DNA of 60,881 nucleotides from an archaeon (GTDB lineage Archaea; Methanobacteriota_B; Thermococci; Methanofastidiosales; NM3): NCBI GenBank assembly GCA_004212155.1, contig RXIG01000011.1, positions 1 to 60,881 of the forward strand, read 5' to 3'. Shown piece by piece: positions 1 to 8,281 of this stretch (position 1 is its first letter; each line of letters starts with the position of its first letter). The notes under the pieces were generated by a model. It saw only the letters and a program-made list of their open reading frames with translations, ran no database searches and was not told where the DNA came from. The position numbers and the translations under genes were made by a program.

Positions 1-208
1 ATAATATGCATCGTCCTCGACCTTGTCCCATCGCATGGTGACACCGGTTGTAGTATGGTGTGATGTTTTTAAAGATTATCGTTATCTTGCTTTTGAAGCA
101 TATGAAGAACACGATGCAAAAGAATCTTATATATGCTTTTATTAGACGATATATTAATAAATGTACGTTGAAAGACTAAATAAGTTATTTTTTATTTGAG
201 GGGAGAAT

Positions 209-2545
209 ATGAAAAAGGTAGCTGGTGTAGTAATCATAATTATCTTTGCTATTGCAATGATAACCTCTTCTTTTTCCATGATCGTGGCGGAAGAAGATGT
301 AGAACCTATTCCTATTGACAAGGGCGAGGAAATTCGTGATTCGGATTATCCTATTGACACTGAATCTTTACTTGGTAATTCACTGCAAGGTCCTGCCCCG
401 GGAGTAGATTGGGAGAAAGGGGACACTGCAACTTGGTTAGCACTGGATAATTACAATGGAGGATATTTTTTTACCGACTATACGTGCAAGGCTGAAAACT
501 CTACAGCACAAGTATGGGTACAAAATGATCTTTCGTGGCCAACAGGTGACCCAAGAGCTACCCCTATAATAAATGAATATCAAGCAGATTACATTTTATC
601 GGAATTCACAAATAATATACTACCAACCGATACAACATATTTTGGTACACCATATTACAGGGATGGCACATGGTCTCTTCTAGATCAATGGGGAGCAAAG
701 CCTCACGAATATTATGTCGATAGTTATGGTAGATATATTATCCTCGTTTCCAATGTTCAAGATGAAAACTATTATGATTCATCCTATCCATATTATATTG
801 CAGGCTTTTTCTCTCCTACATATGCTGCATACTTCGATAGAAATATTATAACGATAGATTGTTACGATTGGTTGAATAGAATGGGTCCAAGTGGGTCAAG
901 ACCATATCTATATGATGGTACAGTCGCTCATGAATTTCAACATCTAATACATAATGATATAGATGGTAATGAATCAACATGGCTAAACGAAGGATGTTCA
1001 ATGTATGCAGAAACATTATGTGGTTACGGATTCCAAACTTCAGCAGCTAACCATTTCTTTTATACACCCGATAACTCCTTAATTCATTGGGGAGATCAAG
1101 GCGATATCAATATACTAGCAGATTATGGTCAAGCATACTTGTTTATGATGTATTTAAATGACCATTATGGTGGAACTAGTATAATAACAGATATTGCTAA
1201 TAATAATTTGAATAGTATAGAAAGTATAACAGACTCTCTTCAGAACAAGGGTTTTTCTACTACATTTGAAAATGTTTTCAAATGCTGGACTTTTGCAAAT
1301 CTATTAAGAAAAGACAGTGGTCCTTATGGGTATACATCATATGACATGAATTTGCTTGATCCAATCAACAAAAAAATGCCACCTATCTCTTCATTTTATG
1401 GTTCTTCGCTTGGCAACACTTTTAGTATGGAAGGTAAAGACACAGGTGTTTCCAATCTCGGTCCATGGGGTACAGATTATGTTTGGATAGATGGCGCAAC
1501 AACAAAAAACATAATCGAATTGATTTTTGACGGACAAGATACACCACCATATGTATATAAATGGCAAGAAGTCAGTATAAATAATGACGATGCGTTTTGG
1601 AGCAATGCCTTTAATCTTTTAGATGCAGTATTGGCACAAAGAATAGATTTAGAGGGAACATCATCTCCAGAATTATCTTTCGATACCTTATATAATATAG
1701 AATACGAATGGGATTATGGATTTGTACAAGTATCTACAGATAATGGGTACACATGGACCTCACTGCAAAATACCACTACAACCAGTAGTATTGACCCAAC
1801 ATCCTATCCGAATATCATAGATAATCTTCCCGGATTCACTGGTCTAAGTAATGGGTGGAACACAAGCACATGGACCACTGAAACTTTTGATCTATCAGCT
1901 TATGCAGGACAAGAAATACTATTATCTTTCAGGTACATGACCGACTGGTATACAGTAAATAGTGGGTGGTACATAGATAACATATCCATTGATGATAATT
2001 CAACAAATATTTTCTACGACGATTGTAGCGATATTACTCAATGGATGTGCAAAGCAGAGGCATTCGGGTATGACATGGATTTCGATGTAAAATTCTACAA
2101 TCCATACACTGATACAATAACAAACATCCCATTGAATGATATAAACGAATATGGCAGTATTGTTGATTCCCATTTAGGAGGTAATCTCCATTTAGGCAAT
2201 GGCATTCTTATCATTAGCTATACACCAGCCCATGATATGCCAGATGAAGCAGACTATTTGGTTAACTTCGTTCAAGAGCCTGATGGAGGAGCAGCTACAT
2301 CCAGCTTCCCCCCCTTTACTACTGCACTCAACAAAGCCAACCCATCATTAGAGTCTGCACTCGCAGCCATTGCAGCGGCTGAAGAGGAAGGTAAGGACAC
2401 GGGCATCATCAACGAACTCATGGAGAACGTCAACGAGCACATTGCGAATTCATCGACAGGCGCGAACTACGTCTACAAGGCTAATCAGCTCAGACTTGCC
2501 ATGCAAACACTTGAAGAAGTGATGTCACAGCTCGGCGAGCTGTGA
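209..2545 (+). CDS. Secreted zinc metalloprotease (immune inhibitor A / M6-M30-like) with beta-sandwich domain and C-terminal helical domain
   Basis: N-terminal KK + hydrophobic signal/anchor; AHEFQH followed by WLNEG third-ligand motif; InhA-like 'YNIEYEWDYGFVQVSTDNG...GWYIDNISI' region; SD-like GAGGGG upstream; AT-rich body. Confidence 0.75.
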   Translation: MKKVAGVVIIIIFAIAMITSSFSMIVAEEDVEPIPIDKGEEIRDSDYPIDTESLLGNSLQGPAPGVDWEKGDTATWLALDNYNGGYFFTDYTCKAENSTAQVWVQNDLSWPTGDPRATPIINEYQADYILSEFTNNILPTDTTYFGTPYYRDGTWSLLDQWGAKPHEYYVDSYGRYIILVSNVQDENYYDSSYPYYIAGFFSPTYAAYFDRNIITIDCYDWLNRMGPSGSRPYLYDGTVAHEFQHLIHNDIDGNESTWLNEGCSMYAETLCGYGFQTSAANHFFYTPDNSLIHWGDQGDINILADYGQAYLFMMYLNDHYGGTSIITDIANNNLNSIESITDSLQNKGFSTTFENVFKCWTFANLLRKDSGPYGYTSYDMNLLDPINKKMPPISSFYGSSLGNTFSMEGKDTGVSNLGPWGTDYVWIDGATTKNIIELIFDGQDTPPYVYKWQEVSINNDDAFWSNAFNLLDAVLAQRIDLEGTSSPELSFDTLYNIEYEWDYGFVQVSTDNGYTWTSLQNTTTTSSIDPTSYPNIIDNLPGFTGLSNGWNTSTWTTETFDLSAYAGQEILLSFRYMTDWYTVNSGWYIDNISIDDNSTNIFYDDCSDITQWMCKAEAFGYDMDFDVKFYNPYTDTITNIPLNDINEYGSIVDSHLGGNLHLGNGILIISYTPAHDMPDEADYLVNFVQEPDGGAATSSFPPFTTALNKANPSLESALAAIAAAEEEGKDTGIINELMENVNEHIANSSTGANYVYKANQLRLAMQTLEEVMSQLGEL

Positions 2546-2678
2546 TCCTTTTTTCTTTTTAATATATTTTTTTAATTCTTGTTAAATATTCATCATTCTA
2601 GTGAATGCTAGATGAATAAAATATATCTAAAATTAGTAATGATTAGTTAAGATGAGAAGAGAAGTAAAGAGGGATAAA

Positions 2679-2695
2679 GGGAGACTTAGTCTCCC
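2679..2695 (-). terminator. Hairpin (GGGAGAC-TAA-GTCTCCC) over the stop codon of peptide copy 1, followed by a pyrimidine tract
   Basis: Perfect 7-bp inverted repeat; on the minus strand it is followed by TTTATCCCTCTTTACTTCTCTTCTC. Confidence 0.5.
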
Positions 2696-2766
2696 CAGTA
2701 AAGTCCTCTCATAAGTATTGGGAATGCCCAGAATATACCAAACATTATCCAGTCTTTCTTGGTCAT
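2686..2766 (-). CDS. 26-aa hydrophobic peptide, copy 1 (MTKKDWIMFGIFWAFPILMRGLYWGD)
   Basis: Hand-translated; GAGGTG SD 7 nt before ATG; differs from copy 2 only by synonymous or conservative changes; below the ORF-track length cutoff. Confidence 0.8.
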   Translation of the reverse strand: MTKKDWIMFGIFWAFPILMRGLYWGD

Positions 2767-2813
2767 TTGTTTCCACCTCTTTGTATCTTAATGGTACTAT
2801 GGCCGTATTGGCT

Positions 2814-2894
2814 CTAGTCTCCCCAGTAAAGTCCGCGAAGGAGCAGTGGGAATGCCCAGAATATGCCAAACATGATCCAGTCTTTCTTGGTCAT
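2814..2894 (-). CDS. 26-aa hydrophobic peptide, copy 2 (MTKKDWIMFGIFWAFPLLLRGLYWGD)
   Basis: Hand-translated; GAGGTG SD 7 nt before ATG; 24/26 aa identical to copy 1; TATA-like TTTAAAT about 40 nt upstream. Confidence 0.8.
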   Translation of the reverse strand: MTKKDWIMFGIFWAFPLLLRGLYWGD

Positions 2895-2930
2895 TTGAGT
2901 ACACCTCGAAAAAAGTATAGAAACAAAACT

Positions 2931-2981
2931 ATTTAAATATTTTGGCATATATTATAATAGTTTGGTATATGTGTACCTATA
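2931..2981 (-). promoter_or_regulatory. Promoter block copy A (TATA-like TTTAAAT + GGTA-N6-TACC palindrome) upstream of the peptide genes
   Basis: 41/51 nt identical, ungapped, to 3191-3241; palindrome at 2964-2977. Confidence 0.6.
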
Positions 2982-3190
2982 CCTATTAGTTCCCTAGAAT
3001 CAAGCTTTACTGGAAAAGATCGGTCCCTGGTACGCATCAAGGCAGGTATGGGGCATCTAGAACAATCACTGAATCAAAGGACAATGCTCCCGGCATATGC
3101 ATGTGATATGGTCCCTCTATTGACTAGAGACAGTCATATAGTGTAATCAAAGGAAGTAGCTGAATTGATAATATACATAATTTTAATGAT

Positions 3191-3241
3191 ATTTAAATAT
3201 TATTGCATATATTCTCATATTAAGGTATTATTGTACCTATA
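3191..3241 (-). promoter_or_regulatory. Promoter block copy B (TATA-like TTTAAAT + AGGTA-N6-TACCT palindrome)
   Basis: Duplicate of 2931-2981; palindrome at 3223-3238. Confidence 0.55.
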
Positions 3242-3310
3242 ATTTATTAAATACAAAAACAAGTGTCCTTGATTTGAAAAAGAAAGAAGAATGAAGGATA
3301 AAAAAGATAC

Positions 3311-3955
3311 TCACTTCTCAACTGCTTCCCAATCGGCAAGGAAGCGTTCGAGGCCGTTGTCGGTGAGCGGATGCTTGAACATCTTCTCAAGCACGCTGGC
3401 GGGAATGGTGGCGATGTCCGCCCCAAGCCTGGCAGACTCGAGCACGTGGAGCGAGTGCCTGATGCTTGCGACGATGACCTCGGTCTTGAACGAGTAGTTG
3501 CGCTTGATATCGTTGATCTCGGAAACGATCTCCATGCCGTAGTGGCCGATGTCGTCAAGGCGGCCGATGAACGGCGAGACATACGACGTTCCCGCCTTCA
3601 TGGCTATGAGCGCCTGATTTGCCGAGAACACGAGCGTCGTGTTGGTGTGGATGCCCTCGTCGCGCAGGACGGGGAGCGCACTGACGCCCTCCTTGATGAA
3701 CGGGACCTTGACAACGATGTTGTCGGACCACTGCGCATAGGTGCGTGCCTCCTCGAGGATACCCTGCGTATCGACGCTTGTAGCCTCGACGGAGACGGGT
3801 CCCTCAACGATGGCACAGATGTCCCTGATGATCGACTTGAAGCTGCCACCCTCCTTGGCGATGAGCGAAGGGTTGGTGGTAACGCCATCAACGAGACCCA
3901 TGTCGTTCCAGTACTTAATATCTGCTAGATTCGCTGTATCGAGAAAGAACTTCAT
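3311..3955 (-). CDS. tal: Transaldolase (short TalC/FSA family)
   Basis: FLDTAN, GVTTNPSL, Schiff-base VVKVP; SVE and SPFIGR residues are those of true transaldolases; in operon with transketolase. Confidence 0.92.
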   Translation of the reverse strand: MKFFLDTANLADIKYWNDMGLVDGVTTNPSLIAKEGGSFKSIIRDICAIVEGPVSVEATSVDTQGILEEARTYAQWSDNIVVKVPFIKEGVSALPVLRDEGIHTNTTLVFSANQALIAMKAGTSYVSPFIGRLDDIGHYGMEIVSEINDIKRNYSFKTEVIVASIRHSLHVLESARLGADIATIPASVLEKMFKHPLTDNGLERFLADWEAVEK

Positions 3956-4875
3956 TGTGTCAACTCCTTGGCTATCCTGACTATCGTTTCCTCGGAGAGC
4001 CCGTACTTCTCATAGAGTGAACGCGGGCTTCCCGATTCGGTAAACGATCGAACGCCGATGCGTTCGAGTCGTGTTGGGTATGACTCGGATAAGAACTCGG
4101 CTATCGCGCCCCCCACGCCGCCGTAGGCGCTGTGATCCTCGACGGTGATGAGCCTGCCGCAGCGCTGTGCGACCTTGCGAATCGTTGCCTCGTCAAGCGG
4201 ACGTAGCACCTGCAAATCGACGAGCTGGGGGGATATGCCCTCGTTTTTGAGCGTCTCGCACGCCTTGAGCGCCTCGTGGGTGGAAAACCCACATGTGATG
4301 ATGCCAACGTCGTCACCCTCCTGCAGCACGTGGGAGCGTGTCGGGTCGAACGGTTCGCTTTCATCATAGAGGTAGTCAACACTGTCGCGGAAGAGACGCA
4401 CGTAGCACGGATGGTCCGCCATGTAGATGTGCTTGATCGTCGTATAGGTCGCATGCGGGTCGCTGGGAATGTAGATGTCGATGTTTGGCAGTGCGCGCAT
4501 CATGGCGATATCCTCATTGGCATGGTGGCTTGCACCGTCCTTGCCTACCGAGATGCCGCCGTGGGTCGACACGAACTTGACCTTCAGATTGGGATATCCG
4601 ACGCACATGCGCACCTGGTCGAACGAACGGCCTGGCAGGAAGACGCAAAACGTCGAGACGAACGGGTGCTTACCGCATGACGCCATGCCCGCCGCCGTGG
4701 CGACCATGTCCTGTTCGCTTATGCCCATATTGAAGAAACGCTCGGGGAATCGCTTGCCAAACTGCGCCGTCTTGGTCGATGCCGAAAGGTCGGCGTCAAA
4801 TGCCACCACGCTCAAGTCCTGCTCCCCGAGCTCTACAAGCGCCTTTCCGTAACTGTCACGCACGTTGACCTTCAT
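3952..4875 (-). CDS. Transketolase, C-terminal (pyrimidine-binding) subunit
   Basis: DADLSAST, FFNMGISEQDMV, DGASH, VEDHSAYGGVG; start chosen at the ATG overlapping the upstream stop. Confidence 0.92.
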   Translation of the reverse strand: MKVNVRDSYGKALVELGEQDLSVVAFDADLSASTKTAQFGKRFPERFFNMGISEQDMVATAAGMASCGKHPFVSTFCVFLPGRSFDQVRMCVGYPNLKVKFVSTHGGISVGKDGASHHANEDIAMMRALPNIDIYIPSDPHATYTTIKHIYMADHPCYVRLFRDSVDYLYDESEPFDPTRSHVLQEGDDVGIITCGFSTHEALKACETLKNEGISPQLVDLQVLRPLDEATIRKVAQRCGRLITVEDHSAYGGVGGAIAEFLSESYPTRLERIGVRSFTESGSPRSLYEKYGLSEETIVRIAKELTQ

Positions 4876-5687
4876 TGTCCACACTCCCTGAGTGCTTGTT
4901 CAAAGGCCTCGCCCTTGAGCGGTTTGCCATGCCAGTTGAGCTGGTCTTCCATGCATGAGACGCCCTTACCCTTCAACGTGTCGGCGATGATGACCGTCGG
5001 TCCGTCGTAGGGCGTCTGCGCATCCCTTATCACCTTCTGCAAGGCGCCAACGTCGTGCCCATCAACGAAAAAGACCCGCCATCCGAACGCCTTGAACTTT
5101 GCATCCAGGGGCTCTATCGACTTGATGTCCTCCGTCAGGCCATCGCACTGGAGCTTATTCCTGTCAACGATGGCGATGACGTTTGAAAGCCTGTAGTGGC
5201 CTGCGGTCATGGCCGCCTCCCATATCTGGCCTTCCTGGAGTTCCCCGTCGCCGAGGAGCACGTAGATGCGAGACGAGGCATTGTTGAGCCTACATGCAAG
5301 CGCCATGCCGTTTGCCACGGAAAGCCCCATGCCAAGCGAACCAGTGGAGAAGTCGACCCCTGGCGTCTTGTTCATATCGGGGTGTCCTTGAAGCCTGCTG
5401 CCGATGGCACGAAGCGAGTAGAGCTCCTCACGAGGGATGAATCCCTTGAGCGAGAGGGCGGAGTAGTACACGGGTGCAGCATGCCCCTTGGAGAGCACGA
5501 ACCGGTCCCTGTCGAACCTGGAGGGATCTTCAGGGTCGATGTTCATGATGTCGAGAATGACAACGCCGATAATCTCAACGCACGAGAGGCAGCTCGAGGG
5601 GTGGCCGGATGCAGCATCCGTGGTCATCCTGAGGGCATCAACGCGCATCGTGTCACACATCTTTCGTAACTCGTTCGTATCAATCAT
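4872..5687 (-). CDS. Transketolase, N-terminal (TPP-binding) subunit
   Basis: SGHP, DRFVLSKGHA, LQGHP, TGSLGMG, GDGELQEGQIWEA TPP motif. Confidence 0.93.
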   Translation of the reverse strand: MIDTNELRKMCDTMRVDALRMTTDAASGHPSSCLSCVEIIGVVILDIMNIDPEDPSRFDRDRFVLSKGHAAPVYYSALSLKGFIPREELYSLRAIGSRLQGHPDMNKTPGVDFSTGSLGMGLSVANGMALACRLNNASSRIYVLLGDGELQEGQIWEAAMTAGHYRLSNVIAIVDRNKLQCDGLTEDIKSIEPLDAKFKAFGWRVFFVDGHDVGALQKVIRDAQTPYDGPTVIIADTLKGKGVSCMEDQLNWHGKPLKGEAFEQALRECGQ

Positions 5688-6318
5688 GAGTATCACATAG
5701 GTGTTCAAGTTCTATAAATGATTCCCTGGGCCGCTGCTTGAAGACGCCCGACCCAACGACAAAATGATCGGCTCCGCTGTCTCGCAGGGATACGATGTTA
5801 TCCCTTCCCACGCCCCCGTCGACGAGTATCTCGAAGGGAAGGCCTGTTCGCTTGCGTATCTCATCGTAGCGTTGCACATGCTCGAAGGTCGACTCCTCGA
5901 AAGGGGCGCCGCCGAATCCTGGAAAGACACCCATGATGACAAGAAAGTCGATGGATGACAAGATGTCCTCATCTATGATTGAGGTGTCGGGATTGACAGC
6001 GATACCCTTGCGCGAATCCTCAGGTATGGACACATCGTCGGGGTGCACGCCTGTCTCGAAGTGATACGACACCCATTCCTGCGGCACGTCCTTGAACAGG
6101 TCGATATAGCGTTGGGGATCCGTCACCATGTAGTGAACATCGAGCTTGAATCCAAATTCCTCGTAGATCTCGCCTATGATCTTCGGACCGAAGCTGATGT
6201 TTGGCACGAAGCGTCCGTCGGCGATGTCGACATGTATGTGTGATGCGACACCACGAAGCTGCTCGAGCTGTTCACAGAGGTGAAGGTGCGTTGTAGAAAG
6301 TATCGAAGGCAGTATCAT
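5680..6318 (-). CDS. rpe: Ribulose-phosphate 3-epimerase
   Basis: HVDIADGRFVPNISFG, DVHYMV, MGVFPGFGG, VDGG motifs. Confidence 0.92.
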   Translation of the reverse strand: MILPSILSTTHLHLCEQLEQLRGVASHIHVDIADGRFVPNISFGPKIIGEIYEEFGFKLDVHYMVTDPQRYIDLFKDVPQEWVSYHFETGVHPDDVSIPEDSRKGIAVNPDTSIIDEDILSSIDFLVIMGVFPGFGGAPFEESTFEHVQRYDEIRKRTGLPFEILVDGGVGRDNIVSLRDSGADHFVVGSGVFKQRPRESFIELEHLCDTHD

Positions 6319-6515
6319 ATGATCAACATAGCCCCGTTATAATTATTTGAGGCTTAGGGACATCTCTTAATATAATTTTTGGTAAATTCTTTTCAGGATG
6401 CTCACTCGATCTGTAGATGGCATGAGAACCCCTTGATCGCATGTCTTGCCCTTTGCTTGCATGATGGCTGATACGTATCAAAAAGAATAAATATACTCTT
6501 CATAAAGGGTATGCA

Positions 6516-7973
6516 ATGACATACATACCCCGCTGCATGAGCACACAACATCCCGATAACGTCAATCCCCCCTTCTTTGCAGAGAATCCCGAGCTTGGTG
6601 GAGAGGACGAGATACAGGAAGCATATTACGTTTTCTCGCACCTGTGCTGTGATGAACAGATGTGGGATTGTGAGGGAAAGGAGGTCGACAACTTTGTCGT
6701 GAAAAAGCTCCTCTCGAGGTATGGCACATTCTTTCAGGACCACATCATGGGCGAGGACCTGCGCATCACGTTTCGGGTCCCGAACCCCACGCTTGAGAGG
6801 ACCGAGGCAAAGATCCTGCTCGAGACGCTCGAGTCGATACCTCGCTCCTACGATACGGCAACGATGTTCTACCAGCGTGACGTGACGCCGATATTCGAGG
6901 TCATACAACCCATGACCACGTCGCACGAGGAACTCAACAACATCTACAACTACTACAAGGAGTTTGTCGTTGGGAAACAGAACAGGCGTATCGGCTCGAC
7001 CACCATCAAGGACTGGATCGGCGACTTCAATCCCTCATCGATCAATGTCATCCCGCTCGTCGAGGATTACGACCACATACTCAACGTCGATCAAATCGTG
7101 CGAGACTACCTCAGCGACAAGGACCTCAAGTATCAGCGCGTCTTCCTGGCACGAAGCGATCCCGCGATGAACTACGGATTCTTCACCGCCATACTCCTCA
7201 ACAAGATAGCGCTGCAGCGCCTCAAAGGTGTCGAAAAGGACACGGGCGTCAAGATCCACCCCATCATTGGCGTCGGGACGGCCCCGTTCAGGGGAAATCT
7301 CTCCCCCCATACAGTGGATAGATTCGCAGACGAGTACCCCTCCCTTCGCACCTACACGCTCCAATCTGCATTCAAGTACGACTACAATCCGATCGAGGTG
7401 GAAGAAGCGGTATTGAAGCTTATGAAAAAACCGGTGCGCAATCCGCGATTCATCGATGAGCAGGCGGCGCTCAACGTGTTGCAGCGATACGTCACCAGAT
7501 ACCAGGAAGAGGTCAAGTCGATAGCTCCGCTCATCAACTTGATAGCGAAGTTCGTCCCCTCGCGCAGAAAGAGAAAGCTCCATATCAGCCTGTTCGGGTA
7601 TTCGCGCAGCCTCGAGGGAGTAACGCTGCCGCGTGCGATCGCGTTCACAGCAAGCCTCTACACACTCGGCTTCCCGCCAGAATTGCTTGGACTGAGCGTG
7701 TTAAGCAAAGAGGACATCGATGTGTTGCGCCGCATCCACTTCAATTTCGATGACACGCTCTCAACGGCGCTCTCCTACTACAATCCACGCTCAAGCGACC
7801 TTGTCGGCATCGATATCGAGGACAAGATTAAGATGCTCGATGTTGAGGTCAAGCCGCATGAAGAGCACCGCGCGCTTACCGACGCGATCATTGACTGCGT
7901 GAAGAAGAACCAGCTCGAGCCCGTCCCCTCACTGTGCATCCAGGCAGCGCATATACGAAAATTCCTCGGATGA
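6516..7973 (+). CDS. ppcA: Archaeal-type phosphoenolpyruvate carboxylase
   Basis: IPRCMSTQHPDN, MWDCEGK, RVFLARSDPAMNYG, PFRGN, LPRAIAFTASLY; 485 aa. Confidence 0.95.
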   Translation: MTYIPRCMSTQHPDNVNPPFFAENPELGGEDEIQEAYYVFSHLCCDEQMWDCEGKEVDNFVVKKLLSRYGTFFQDHIMGEDLRITFRVPNPTLERTEAKILLETLESIPRSYDTATMFYQRDVTPIFEVIQPMTTSHEELNNIYNYYKEFVVGKQNRRIGSTTIKDWIGDFNPSSINVIPLVEDYDHILNVDQIVRDYLSDKDLKYQRVFLARSDPAMNYGFFTAILLNKIALQRLKGVEKDTGVKIHPIIGVGTAPFRGNLSPHTVDRFADEYPSLRTYTLQSAFKYDYNPIEVEEAVLKLMKKPVRNPRFIDEQAALNVLQRYVTRYQEEVKSIAPLINLIAKFVPSRRKRKLHISLFGYSRSLEGVTLPRAIAFTASLYTLGFPPELLGLSVLSKEDIDVLRRIHFNFDDTLSTALSYYNPRSSDLVGIDIEDKIKMLDVEVKPHEEHRALTDAIIDCVKKNQLEPVPSLCIQAAHIRKFLG

Positions 7974-8281
7974 TTCAGACATTTGCTCACCGTATGGGGT
8001 GACAGCATCGTTCATTCCGCTCACGCATACAGGGACATCGAGATGTACTTCTGGCACACCATACCCCCTGGCTACATACGTTTAGGGGATATGATTTTTT
8101 CATGACTATGATGTGATGGTGCCGCGCCATGGAAGGTCCAGGCTCGCATGATCGATGCGTACATGTCCTTCTCGCATCGTTACGCGATGGTAGGCCGTTC
8201 AAGTAGGACTATATCCAAATCCATCACACCATAACAGCACGCCGAGCATAATCTTATTAACTCCGTAAACGATGTAAATCC

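Noticed and set aside
2633-2936. ORF-track calls 2633..2869(-) and 2718..2936(+)
   Set aside because: They cross the repeat in frames where the copy differences are non-synonymous and they lack SDs; the 26-aa frame explains the substitution pattern
2686-3160. Possible CRISPR mini-array
   Set aside because: Only two ~95-nt coding units; the short AATCAA motifs are too degenerate; no cas genes in the window
7974-8281. 300-bp ppcA / AMP phosphorylase intergenic region as an ncRNA or small gene
   Set aside because: No recognisable RNA motif, strong hairpin or SD-led ORF
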